From Diplonema japonicum (Eukaryota > Protista > Euglenozoa: Diplonemea), in contig OZ025732.1 in assembly GCA_964019335.1 (NCBI GenBank), positions 248,001 to 312,000 of the forward strand: a stretch of DNA of 64,000 bases. Reading direction: 5' to 3'. The position numbers and the translations under genes were made by a program. This document shows positions 1 through 10,325 of the stretch, one piece after another. Every line of letters starts with the position of its first letter. The first letter of the stretch is position 1. The notes under the pieces are model-generated. The model had not been told where the DNA came from. It saw only the letters and a list, made by a program, of their open reading frames with translations, and ran no database searches.

Positions 1-446
1 CGGCGCAGAGGGCGTAGACGTGATCCAGGAGGACCTAGAAGTGGCTGAATGCTTCACCGAGGGAGAGCTTGCTGACCTGATAACGAGCAGGAAAAGAGCA
101 CAAACGCGTGCCTACGAACGTTCGATCCGTACAAACTTCGCTAAGGAGAGAAGGCACGTGACGGCCTGGATGAATAACAGCACCAAGCAAGGGACACAGA
201 CAGTGGATGCAGCTGACGGAGGAGTGACGGCCAACCTGAAGAAGATGGACAAAGTGATGCGGACGGCGTGGTCGGACATCTTCTGCGCACGAACACCAGA
301 AGACGAGCCGCAGTTCGACGAGTTCCAGAGACGGTACGGTGAGCACATCAAGAGCAACCCGATGGCACACGCCCCCATCGACGCCAAGCTGCTGAAGGAG
401 GTGATCGGTAAGAAAGCGGACAAGGGGGCATGCGGCGTGGACGGCT
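1..446 (+). pseudogene. Non-LTR retrotransposon ORF fragment (region immediately N-terminal to the RT domain)
   Basis: Translation ends ...KKADKGACGVDG, the 'A.G.DG' motif preceding RT domain 1 of LINEs. It is cut at 446 and a short repeat follows at 452. Confidence 0.7.
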
Positions 447-451
447 ACTGA

Positions 452-585
452 GCGTGTCAAAACTACGAAAAGCTTTAAAGGCGACAATAGGAACGAGGGC
501 TATGCTCCAGAAGGGGAGCATTAATAGATAGGAACTCACACCACAAGAGGCTGTCCTCCAGTGGGATTGTCTTTTACTATGAGTT
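452..585. repeat. Short structured interspersed repeat (family D), copy 1
   Basis: GCGTGTC...TTACTATGAGTT recurs with the same boundaries at 17956-18089 and, internally deleted, at 38592-38692. Confidence 0.85.
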
Positions 586-631
586 TTTTTTTTTTTTTTT
601 TTCCCCCCCGTGTTTCTTAATCACTTTTCAG

Positions 632-833
632 CTACCTCATCAAGAAGTTCTGCTGGTCAGCAGGGCAGGCCCTGAGTTACGTGAAGGAGCGGTCGCCTCG
701 TATCGACCCCAACCCCGGCTTCCGATCGCTTCTTGTGGAGTACTCAAGGAACTTCCGAAGGCAGTCTTCTACCTCTTGCCGAAGACAATCACCCTGGGGT
801 GAAAAGAAAACCAAGAGTGTTGACATTTTTTAA
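632..833 (+). pseudogene. C-terminal part of a dual-specificity phosphatase (terminal exon or relic)
   Basis: Frame from 633 reads YLIKKFCWSAGQALSYVKERSPRIDPNPGFRSLLVEY, matching the DSP C-terminal pattern 'AYL...AL..VK.R.P.I.PN.GF..L..Y'. It is preceded by TTTTCAG and was missed by the ORF track. Confidence 0.6.
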
Positions 834-1040
834 GATCCGGTCGACTTTATATATATTTGTTTGTTTTTTTTTTTTTCTTCTTCTTTTCTTTTAAGAACTC
901 CGCGTTACCACGTAGAGTAAGATAAAGAAAGAAAGAGGAAAGGAGGGGAGGGGGGGGGGGGGGGGGGTAGTGTATATATTTATCTTTTCTTTTCCCCTCT
1001 TTTTCTATAATATTATTTACTATACCCCCCAAGGTACGAA

Positions 1041-1793
1041 ATGTCCGTCTCTCTGCACGTGTGTCTGCCCGCTGGGCAGCGTGTAGCTGTGGAAGCGTTG
1101 GCGAGCGACCTCGTCTCATCCCTGAAGCAGCAGGTAGCGTTGGAGTCGAACCTCGTGCAGGACAGCTTCTCGCTCTTGTTCGACAGCGCAGTTCTCGACG
1201 AGGACGCACGCGTGGGCGAACTTCCTTTCGAAGACGGAAGCGAACTGGAGGTCCTCTTCGATAAGAAGCTAGCCGCAATGGCAAAGCTCAAGTCCCTCGG
1301 CTACATCGGCGACAAGTCCAGCCTAACCCATATACTTCGTGACAAGCTAGAGACCGAGACGGACGCAGGATTCCGGGATATTCTCATGGCGGTGATTGAC
1401 TCTGAGCTCTGCTTTGATGATTACGACAACCTGCTTCTCACTGCCGCCCAAGGGGGCTTTCCTTCATCGGTCGAGTTGCTCATTGATTCTACAGACGCGA
1501 ATCTTAACGCGGGCAAGAAGGCAAAGCCGATCCATCTTGCAGCCAAGCGGGGTGCGCTTGCTGTCGTTCGCCTGCTTGTTGACAGAGGGGCGTGCCCCAA
1601 CACGGTTGACAACGTGCTGCAGGTCCCCTTGCACTACGCCTCTGCCCACGGCCATATCCCTGTCGTTCAGTTCCTCTTGCAGAGCGGTGCCGATCCGTCA
1701 CGTAAGAACTCTTTCGGGAACACCCCGCTGCAGTTCTCCGAGGATTCCGGGTCTCACGAGTTGTCAACCATTCTGGAGCTCTGGGGGCAGTAA
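1041..1793 (+). CDS. Ubiquitin-like domain + ankyrin repeat protein
   Basis: N-terminal UBL pattern (V.L..G....VE....D.V..LKQ.V......L.F...VL......L), followed by ankyrin repeats (PIHLAA, PLHYAS, GNTPL). Confidence 0.85.
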   Translation: MSVSLHVCLPAGQRVAVEALASDLVSSLKQQVALESNLVQDSFSLLFDSAVLDEDARVGELPFEDGSELEVLFDKKLAAMAKLKSLGYIGDKSSLTHILRDKLETETDAGFRDILMAVIDSELCFDDYDNLLLTAAQGGFPSSVELLIDSTDANLNAGKKAKPIHLAAKRGALAVVRLLVDRGACPNTVDNVLQVPLHYASAHGHIPVVQFLLQSGADPSRKNSFGNTPLQFSEDSGSHELSTILELWGQ

Positions 1794-2283
1794 GATAAAT
1801 ATATGGGGGAAGGAGGTTTTAAGAATAACGGGTTCGCTAGCTTTCACTTTATTCAGTCCTGGGTGAAGTGAAAGTAGTAAGCGGCACAAAGCAAAAGCTG
1901 AAAAAGAAGGAAAATAGCGGTTTTAAAACTAAAATGCTGCCCCTTTTCGGCATTTTATTTTAAGAATTAAGTGACAATGAATACTCGACTCCACCTGAAG
2001 GGGGCATCACCGTGATCTTCACGAGCCCGAAACACCGACAAGTACCAGAAGCTCACCGATAGGCCCCCAGACACTGGGGAGGCGTGAAACGCAAACCTAA
2101 ACCTGGGCTAGAATAGTGTTTTAATGCACTTTTGTGCATTTTAGTATTTCATTTATTTATTTTCTTTTTTTCCCCCTTACAACAGGGTATTGGGTCAAAA
2201 GATCATAAGGTTAAAAGCCAGCTCAGGGCCTGAATGTCACTTCTTCGCCATTTCTTTTTTTGAATTCTTTTCTTTAGGAAGTT

Positions 2284-2315
<32 letters not shown>

Positions 2316-2405
2316 CGGTTATTATCCTGTGGGCTTAATGGTTAAAAAGAAAAAAAAAGAAAACCTTTTTTTCAGGAGGAGCGGGGAGAAAAAAAAAAAA
2401 AGAAA

Positions 2406-3458
2406 ATGCGGCTCGGTACCAAAACCTTGATCGCTATCATCACTATTGTAATGTGCGGGTACATATGGGACGGTGTGAAGGGGGCGGACCAAGACTCCAA
2501 GACCACCAGCGGGGTGGGGGCACAACCCACTCCGCCATCAGGGCAGGACAGACCGTGCACGGCCATGCGGGAGATATACCCAGGGAAGATCTCAAACGGA
2601 ACATGGAGGCCCGAGTCCTGCAAGCTAAAACAGTTCACCCACACAGAAGTGCTGGCGTGCATGAAGACTCAGCGATTCTACGCCATCACTGACTCCCTGG
2701 GGAGGGATATCATGAACCGGCAGATCAAAGCATACACCAGCGCAAAGAAGTCCGAAGGGACACCCGAGACACTTCCTGTCTCTTCCGTCATCGAGTACAC
2801 ATGGGCAGCTTCAAGTGCGTCCAGTTTCGGGTACCTTACGAGGGACGCACCCAAGAGGGACACAGGGAGCTTCTTCAGAAACAACGCCACCTTTGTACTT
2901 TTCTCGAATGGGCTGTGGGACATAGGGGCGCACTCTTGCGGCCTTATTCACTTCTTCGACTATTTAACGATGAAGATAAAGAGGTACCGCGAGGAAATGG
3001 CCCCCGGTGCCAGGATGGTTTTATACGCAATACCGTACATACACTACAAGCCAAACAGCTACAAGAACTGGAGCATTATCTGCAACCCGTCCCATCGTGT
3101 GGCCCTTTACCGTGAGGTGCTGGATCAGGTCGCGTCTTGCCTGGGTGTGGGGATTTTGGACACCTACACTATGAAGAAGGTCCATGCTGACCTCTCGCCA
3201 GACGGTGTTCACTTCAACTCTGAGGGGAACGATGCCATCAGCAATCTCATACACAACATGATGTGCCTGCCACAGTCTATCCGGCTGGAGCCACACCACC
3301 CGAATCTACCTTGTACGGACGAAGCAATCAGAGCGGCCAAGGACCGTTGGGCCGCAGCACCTGTAGTGAACGGACCGCCCGTGGGCTGCCCTCTTGGTGA
3401 CTTTGTTTGTTACAAGAGCCCTGAGGATTACTTATCACGGAAGAGATTAAAGCTGTGA
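2406..3458 (+). CDS. Signal-anchored SGNH/TBL(PC-esterase)-like protein, paralogue 1
   Basis: N-terminal TM segment, C..YPG...W.P..C motif, TDS (GDS-like), NGLWD, DGVH. Confidence 0.8.
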   Translation: MRLGTKTLIAIITIVMCGYIWDGVKGADQDSKTTSGVGAQPTPPSGQDRPCTAMREIYPGKISNGTWRPESCKLKQFTHTEVLACMKTQRFYAITDSLGRDIMNRQIKAYTSAKKSEGTPETLPVSSVIEYTWAASSASSFGYLTRDAPKRDTGSFFRNNATFVLFSNGLWDIGAHSCGLIHFFDYLTMKIKRYREEMAPGARMVLYAIPYIHYKPNSYKNWSIICNPSHRVALYREVLDQVASCLGVGILDTYTMKKVHADLSPDGVHFNSEGNDAISNLIHNMMCLPQSIRLEPHHPNLPCTDEAIRAAKDRWAAAPVVNGPPVGCPLGDFVCYKSPEDYLSRKRLKL

Positions 3459-3480
3459 TTTCTTTTTTTATGTTTTTTTA

Positions 3481-3605
3481 AGAAGGCCGGCAAGAAGGCC
3501 GGCAAGACCACCAAAGGAGGAGAAACCGCTGCTGAAAGGGGATAGGTGCAGGTAGAAGATGAGAACAAGGGGGCGTCTCACAAAGACTTCCTTTAACTCA
3601 TATAT
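3481..3605 (+). repeat. 3' end of retroelement family C (5'-truncated)
   Basis: The same 3' terminus ...GTCTCACAA..CTTCCTTTAACTC occurs at 8304-8359, 17648-17922 and 30350-30901 with variable 5' truncation. Confidence 0.75.
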
Positions 3606-3773
3606 TTTTTTTTTGTTTTGTTTTTTTTTCTTTCGTGCTGAGGTGGATGCGGCAACTGCGCTGGTATGCAGGCAGCAGGAACACGTCAGTGTCGACGTAT
3701 GACCATAGGATTTAGGGGGAGAAAGAAGCGATAGAACCATGAAACAAAGCGAAAGACCATCGGCAGAGGAAGC

Positions 3774-4753
3774 ATGCTTGAAGTGGTGGTGAGCAAGAGG
3801 CAGGCGGCTCTGTTGAAACTCTCTGAGATGGGGATCGAAGTGAAAGGAAGGGACTTGTACGGAGTCTTACGTGACCTGGCAGATACGATTGACGAGGGGG
3901 ACGTAATAGAAGACGAGGATGAAACTTGTACTGTAAACCTTCTACTGGATGCTGGGGTGAGTGGTGGGGAGGAGGAGGCCCTTCACCTTGCAGTTCACCG
4001 CAATCTTCCTTCTTGTGTGAGGTCCTCTTGATTCGCACTTCTGTGGACGTGAAATCAGAAGTGTCTCTAAATTGGGATGATTCGTACGTTTCAGCACTTC
4101 ACCGGGCCACTTCTGGGGAGGTGGCGGCTGTTCTCTTGAGACACAATGCAGATGTCAACGCAAGAGACGGTGACGGTGTTCCTGTCATTCACGGTGCAGC
4201 ACGTTGGAAGCATCCTGGGGCAAGCTTTCTGTACTTCTGAAACACAATGCAAGATGTGAATGCGAGAGATAGGAAAGGAAAGACGGCTCTGCATAACGCT
4301 CGCCCCTCCGTTGTCCACCTGCTTCTTGAGCACAAGGCAGACATCGAGGCAAAAGACAACTGGGGAAGAACACCCCTTTTCGCTAATGGTTTAAGGTTGG
4401 TTGAAGTACTTCTTGAGCACAATGCTGATGTGAAGGCAAGGGACAATAGAGGGAACACGTGTCTACACAACGCTGTTGGATGCATAATCTTTATTGGTTT
4501 GTTTGATATTCTGCCTGTTCTGTTAAAACACAATGCAGATGTGACGGCAAGGAACGATGAAGGGAAGACGGCTCTCGATCTTGTCCCGTATGATGAAAGG
4601 AACTTGAGTGACATGGCCAAAGCGATGCGACGCCTGTTGGAGGACCCGAGTCTCGCTCATGATCTGGAGCTGTTCGAAAGTGGGAGGGAGCTGAGCGACG
4701 TCAGCAGGCTTCCTGTTGTTCAACTGATTTCAGGATTTTGTAATCAATGGTGA
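3774..4753 (+). pseudogene. 5'-truncated, frameshifted UBL-ankyrin paralogue
   Basis: Homology to 11201-12424 is spread over three frames (ORFs 3774, 3926, 4247). Confidence 0.85.
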
Positions 4754-4915
4754 TCTCTGAAGACTAGTGTTGTTGATCTGATTTCAGAAGCAAGAATGAA
4801 GGAGTTCACCCCCCCCCCCCCCCCACAAATTCTATGAATTCTATTTTTGTTATTTTTAATTACTTCTTGCTTCTCCACAACTAACTTTGCAAAAAGGAAA
4901 GGATACCACATAACC

Positions 4916-6149
4916 ATGAAAGGAAGCGAAGGACCACCGGCAGTGACGCTGCAGGCGAGGCTCCCCACCTCTGAGACCATCAGCATTGAGGCAGTGGCTT
5001 CGGAGGAGATGAAGAAGGTGAAGGAGAGGATCGCATCGATGGGAGGGTTGGATGTGGACATCTTCACCCTCACCTTCGATGGGGTGGTGGTTGCGACGGC
5101 TGCTGACGACGGCGGTGGACAGCTTGTCGGAGATCTTCCTTTTGAGGATGGAAGCATGCTTGAAGTGGTGGTGTGCAAGGCAGGCGGCTCTGTTGAAACT
5201 CTCTATGATGGGGATTGAAGTGAAAGGAAGGGATTTGTACGGAGCCTTCCGTGATGGCTTTTTTTATTTCAGGTACGGAGGGGACGAGAACAAGATCTGC
5301 GAGGTTTTGAACTTTCTCCTGGATGCTGGGGTGAGTGGTGGGGAGGAGGAGGCCCTTCACTTTGCAGTTTACCACAATCTTCCTTCTTGTGTGGAGGTCC
5401 TCTTGATTCGCACTTCTGTGGACGTGAATTCAGAAGTAGAGCTTCTTGACGATTTGGAATATTCGTACAGTCACCGGACCCGTTCAGCACTTCACCGGGC
5501 CACTTCGGAGGAGGTGGCGGCTGTTCTCTTGAGACACAATGCAGATGTCAACGCAAGAGACGGTAACGGTGTTCCTCTCATTCACCGTGCATGTTGGGTG
5601 CATTCTTTTTCTGTAGTTCTAAAACACAACGCAGATGTGAATGCGAAAGACAGGAAAGGAAGGACGGCTCTTCATAACGCTCGCGCCTCTGCTGTACACC
5701 TGCTTCTTGAACACAAGGCAGACATCGAGGCAAAGGACAACGAGGGAAGAACACCTCTTTTCGCTAATGGTTTAGAGGTGCGAGGTCAGGCTGTTGAAGC
5801 ACTTCTTGAGCACAATGCTGATGTGAGGGCAAGGGACAATGAAGGGAACACGTGTCTGCACCACGCTGTTAGAAATGGTTGGTTCAAAGTAGTTCCTGTT
5901 CTGCTGAGACACAATGCAGATGTGACGGCAAAGAACGATGAAGGGAAGACGGCTCTCGATCTTGTTTCCTCTGATGATGATGATGGTGACTTGTGTAATG
6001 CGATGCGATACCTGTTGGAGGACCCGAGTCTCGCTCATGATCTGGAGCAGTTCGAAAGTGGGAGGGAGCTGAGCGACGTCAGCAGGCTTCCTGTTGTTCA
6101 ACTGATTTCAGAGTATATTGCCGATGCTTGGTGGGGATATTTGAACTGA
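4916..6149 (+). pseudogene. UBL-ankyrin paralogue with one frameshift near 5178
   Basis: GTGTGCAAGGCAGG here versus GTGTGCAAGAGGCAGG in paralogues (2-nt deletion). Otherwise full length, so it could be a sequencing error. Confidence 0.8.
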
Positions 6150-6209
6150 TTTCAATAATAATGACGAGAATCTTTAATTGCCATGTTACAGGAAGATGTT
6201 TTTTTTTCT

Positions 6210-7265
6210 TGGTCGGCGGTCGGAGCGGCATCGAACAGACAACAAAGACTAGAAAAGCTGAAGCACAAGATCCGCAGTGCGCAGACGGCGGAACCTGCGC
6301 CACGGACGGAGGAGCTGGAACTGGCATGCCTCACTACCCACGACGGCGACGAAGCCCTGGCCCCACACTCAGCCCCAGCCCCGGCCCCGCCCCTCGCAAG
6401 CCACCACAAGAAGAAGCGAAAGGGAGGCGCATGCCCGGACGTGTACCTTGGCCACGACACCAAGCTGGTAAGGACCAGCACAGATCGTGCACCAGAGCCA
6501 CCTCTGCTCGTCAAATGGCGGTCCAAGAGCGCGAAGCGCGGGCAGTTGTGCGACGGACAAGCGGAGCCCGCAAAGAAGAAAGACCGATTGGACCTCCTCA
6601 GGGCGAACCGACGGTCGGGCAAGGCCGCCGTTCACGCCCTGGCTGAAGAACATCGAGCGGGTCTGGAAGATAAGCTCTCCCACACGAAACTGGCGACGGC
6701 CGGGATCGTCGAAGCGGAAGGGGAGTGGACGCCAGAAGCCATGATACGGGTCTGCAAACACGTGCTCGGCGAAGAGCCTAAAACCGCGAAGGAACTCGGG
6801 ATTCACATGAATTTTGTCCGGTTCGCCCTCATCCTGGACTTTGACAAGACGTGGATCATGGCCAGGTATGACTCGGAAGGCTGGAAGGCGAAGGGGGACG
6901 TCGAGAGACGGCAGCAGTTCACGCGGCACGGAGATATGAGAGCCTTGAAGGATCACTACTTCGTGGCCACTGACTGGCTGTTCTTCACCACGCTGCAGTG
7001 GCATAATGTGGGACAGCGCCACCCCCCAAGAACCACGAAGACCTTACGCAAGTAAGAGAGCTGGCCCGAGGGCAAAAAACCTCATTTCTCCTTGGAGATG
7101 AGAACATATATTATAGTGCGACATGATCAGACTGGAACGGCCGCCCCGGGGCATCCTCTGCTCAACCCGGCGGACGTGGGAGGCCCTTCTTCGGAAGGTG
7201 CCAGTCGCTTGATCAGTGTCGTCGAATGCGCGCTATATTTTATATTTTATAAGTACATATAACAA
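6210..7265 (+). mobile_element. Family A element, copy 1
   Basis: 6285-7265 is near-identical to 22553-23525 apart from an 8-nt insertion near 7020. The 5' boundary is approximate. Confidence 0.8.
7130..7206 (+). ncRNA. Conserved pseudoknot RNA motif (A-type), copy 1
   Basis: GACTGG/CCAGTC closing stem, GCA-TCCTC-TGC hairpin, GGGAGG, and a cUUCGg hairpin. It covaries with the B-type motif. Confidence 0.75.
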
Positions 7266-7597
7266 CGGATGAGTGAACTGAAGCGACTCCCAACGAGCAT
7301 CCTGAAGGCTTTCGCAGACCTCTTCAACCTGATCGAGGAAACAGGCCAGTGGCTGAGACAGATCACGACAGCCCTGGTGTCCCTGATTCCGAAGGGTGAG
7401 GGGTCAGCACCACTGAATCATCGTCCCATCACAGTGACCAGCACCATCTACCGCTTGTGGGCGTGTACGAGGCTGAAGGGTGTCCTTGACTGGCAAGAAC
7501 GCTGGATCACGCCGAGACAGCACGGGTTTCGACCCAAGCACAGTACGACAACTGCCCTCATGGAGTTATGTACCAAGCTGGAACTTGCTCTGGTACA
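7266..7597 (+). pseudogene. Non-LTR reverse transcriptase fragment (domains 0-2)
   Basis: RMSELKRLP...LIPKGEG..PLNHRPITV...YRLWA...QHGFRP. Confidence 0.85.
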
Positions 7598-8174
7598 GAT
7601 CTGAGTCCTTTGCAGAATGTTCAGTCCATTGGGGACTGGTTTCTCTCGTTTTGCTACTCTCTGAAGACTGTTGATCTGAGCCCCCTTCGCAATGTCACCA
7701 CCGTCGGCTCCTCTTTTCTCAGTAACCTCAGTTCATTGACTTCTGTTGATCTGAGTCCTTTGCAGAATGTGACCAAGATGAACCACTGTTTATTCATGTC
7801 TGGTTGTGCTTTTTTAAGATCTATCGATCTGAGCCCCCTGCACAACACCTTTACTTCTACATCCCGGGTGCATTCCTGTTTTCTCAAGGAATGCAAAGCT
7901 CTAACGAATGTGGATCTGGGCTTTGTGGAACGTTCAGTCAGTTGGCGATGAATTTCTTTCCGACTGCGAGTCTCTGGAAACAATTGATCTGAGCCCCCTT
8001 CGCAATGTCACCACCGTTGGCAGGTTGTTTCTTTCAGGGGCCCCAGTGGAACACAGAGAGGATGTTGTGGAGTTCCGACAAACAAGACCAACAAGGACAA
8101 AGCCAACAAGGTTCGTGGGCCCTCCTGTGGATCAGGCAACCTGTAAAGGTAAAGGGTGTTGCATCGTTTCTTGA
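7598..8174 (+). pseudogene. 3' half of the LRR-CaaX gene, frameshifted
   Basis: Near-identical to 16843-17418, with a frameshift near 7920. Ends CCIVS. Confidence 0.85.
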
Positions 8175-8254
8175 TGACTTTCACGGGGCAAAGCAGGGCA
8201 TCCTGGGCAACCACCACTAGTTATTTTAATCGTAGTACAGTTGTTTGTTCCCCC

Positions 8255-8289
8255 TACTTCTCTATTCTAACTTAAAATCATTTCAGCTA
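8255..8289 (+). mobile_element. 35-bp 3' terminus of PLE family B
   Basis: Matches ~43029-43062. It sits in a C-run, and the paralogous empty site is at ~17607-17630. Confidence 0.7.
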
Positions 8290-8404
8290 CCCCCCTTTTT
8301 TAAAGGTAGAAGATGAGAACAAGGGGGCGTCTCACAAAGACTTCCTTTAACTCATATATTTAAACTGCAGGCACAGTCTACTTGATTACAGGGAATGCAC
8401 TGTA

Positions 8405-8546
8405 ACGGGGCACAGGTCTTGTTTTACATGAAGCGTCACTCAAGGAACAAAAAGCACATCTGGTCGCCTCTCTCAGCAGACGAAGGGGAGAGAGGTGGGA
8501 TTGGCAAGCCAGCAGGATGTGTCTGATTTAAAAAAAAAAAAAAAAA
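8405..8546 (+). repeat. LINE-like 3' tail with poly(A)
   Basis: The sequence is shared with 52263-52375 and ends in an A-run at ~8529-8546. Confidence 0.55.
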
Positions 8547-8715
8547 GGCCTCCACACAGAGCAGCAGAGCAGGTCCGCATGTGGCACAGTCGGTAGGAAG
8601 GCCTTATACTATTTCTTTTTTTTTATTTGGTAGTTGCAGAGTTCAGCATGTTCTCCCCCCCCTCCTAACTCACACACAGCCTATTTTTGGTGTAAGAAAA
8701 GAACACTATATAAAA

Positions 8716-9825
8716 ATGGAAACCCAACCGCTGGTTGTGAAGACCCCCATGCGGAACAGCTTCGGACGAAGGCTGTTCAACGTGGTGGGCATCAGCGCCA
8801 TGATCATGTACCTTGGGTGCATTGCTGGTACTGTGGTATGCATCTTGTCCGGGTACTACATGATGCTAATGCTCCCTATAGTAGGGCTCATCACCTTCTG
8901 GTGCTGCATGTTGGGGATGTGGATTAGCCCCGAAGTCCGTGCCTGTGCAAGGGAGGCGGAGGATAGGAAGAGCAGCGAGGCCCTTGTAGCATCGTGGCAG
9001 AACACAGAGGCGGTAGTTGTAATGTGGATCAAATGCTACCACATGCGGAGAGTGACATACAGGAAGTCCAATGGAACCAGCGGCACTTCAGAGGAGAGGG
9101 TGAACACTCACAGCGCCGTTGCACCTGTCTACTATGACACACAGGTGGACGAGAGCCCAGCCTTCACGGTACCCAACGAGAAGACGCTGGTGTCCTGCGA
9201 TATCGAGCTGAGCTTCGGGGACAGCACTACACTGCACTCTGTGGAGGACCAGTACCGCAGGTTCCTGGAGGCCAACACACAGGACACGCACCAGGACAAG
9301 GGCCTCAGGGTGGATCTTCCTGAGTTCAGGAGTTCACTGATGGTAAGGAACAAGGGGATGCGTAACCTGTACATGTTATCCACAGCGCTTGGTGTCCTCC
9401 CTGTCGTGCACGCCTGTGTCTCTGGTGTCGTGAAGCGTGGTAACTACTCCGTGAAGAAGAAGCTCCTCATCAGCCGTGAGAGCCCCTACGCAGTACGCCC
9501 TGCTGAGGTTCCCACTGTGGGTGTTCCTTTGGAGAACTCGGCGTGGGCCCTGCCTTACGTCGTGCACTCAGGCCCGGTTAATCAGCAGCAGCAGCAGCAA
9601 GAGCAGCAGCAGCAGCAAGTACAGCAGCCGCAGCAAGTACAGCAGCAGCAGCAACAATGGCAGCAGCAAGGACAGCAGCCGCAGTGGCAGCAGCCTTTGC
9701 AGCCTCCAATGGGTCAGCCAGTGCAGCAGCAGCAGCAAGGACAGCAGCCGCAGTGGCAGCAGTCTTTGCAGCCTCCAATGGGTCAGCCGGTGCAGCAGCA
9801 GCAGCAGCTCACTTATGGTTCGTAG
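8716..9825 (+). CDS. TMEM151-like membrane protein with polyQ/QP tail
   Basis: Two N-terminal TM segments, the I.CYH...ERVNTHSA...Y....DES pattern typical of TMEM151, and a CAG-rich C-terminus. Paralogue of 28628. Confidence 0.75.
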   Translation: METQPLVVKTPMRNSFGRRLFNVVGISAMIMYLGCIAGTVVCILSGYYMMLMLPIVGLITFWCCMLGMWISPEVRACAREAEDRKSSEALVASWQNTEAVVVMWIKCYHMRRVTYRKSNGTSGTSEERVNTHSAVAPVYYDTQVDESPAFTVPNEKTLVSCDIELSFGDSTTLHSVEDQYRRFLEANTQDTHQDKGLRVDLPEFRSSLMVRNKGMRNLYMLSTALGVLPVVHACVSGVVKRGNYSVKKKLLISRESPYAVRPAEVPTVGVPLENSAWALPYVVHSGPVNQQQQQQEQQQQQVQQPQQVQQQQQQWQQQGQQPQWQQPLQPPMGQPVQQQQQGQQPQWQQSLQPPMGQPVQQQQQLTYGS

Positions 9826-10189
9826 GTCATAGGTTTTTCTTTTCTTTCTGGGTGGGAAAGAGGGGGTTTTTCATTTATCACGCACACCCTTTTTTTCTTT
9901 CTTACTTACGGAGGACGATTTTTATAACAGTATGCTTCTTGTGCCGAGCAGAGAAGACCTTCGCAGCTATTTTAAAGTTTGTTTTTTTACTCGTGCGAAC
10001 GTTATTTTCTCCCATTTTCTTTCTCCCTGAACGGTGAGCACCCACCCGCACACAAGATGTTTATCAGGAATCTTTTTCTCGGGGCTTTCTCGCCTTGCTA
10101 CAAATAGCTTGTCTAAGACTGCGCTGAAGAAGCCTTCTCAAGGTTGATGTTGTTTCTTCCATTTCAGATTATCCCCCCCCCCTTTTTCT

Positions 10190-10325
10190 TTCTTTCTTTT
10201 TTGTTATTGCTAAAAGGAGTTTGATTGATATTGTTTATTGCGGTAGTGGTAGCATTGTTGGGGCTTATCCTTTCACAGGTTAACCCCCCGTCAGTGCACA
10301 ACCAACAATCAACCGACTCTTTTTT
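10190..10325 (-). repeat. Family E short interspersed repeat (representative copy)
   Basis: The core GTAGCATTGTTGGGGCTTATCCTT.ACAGGTTAACCCCCCG..GTGCAC also occurs at ~43150, 44843, 48053, 49273, 50792, 53710, 55627 and 62181. In most copies the minus strand ends in CAAGC(A)n. Confidence 0.75.

Noticed and set aside
7120-7220. SECIS-like AUGA...AA...UGA around the A-type motif (some Naiads are selenoproteins)
   Set aside because: The apical region is far too large (~65 nt), UGAUCA pairs canonically, the B-type motif lacks it, and no in-frame UGA pattern supports it.
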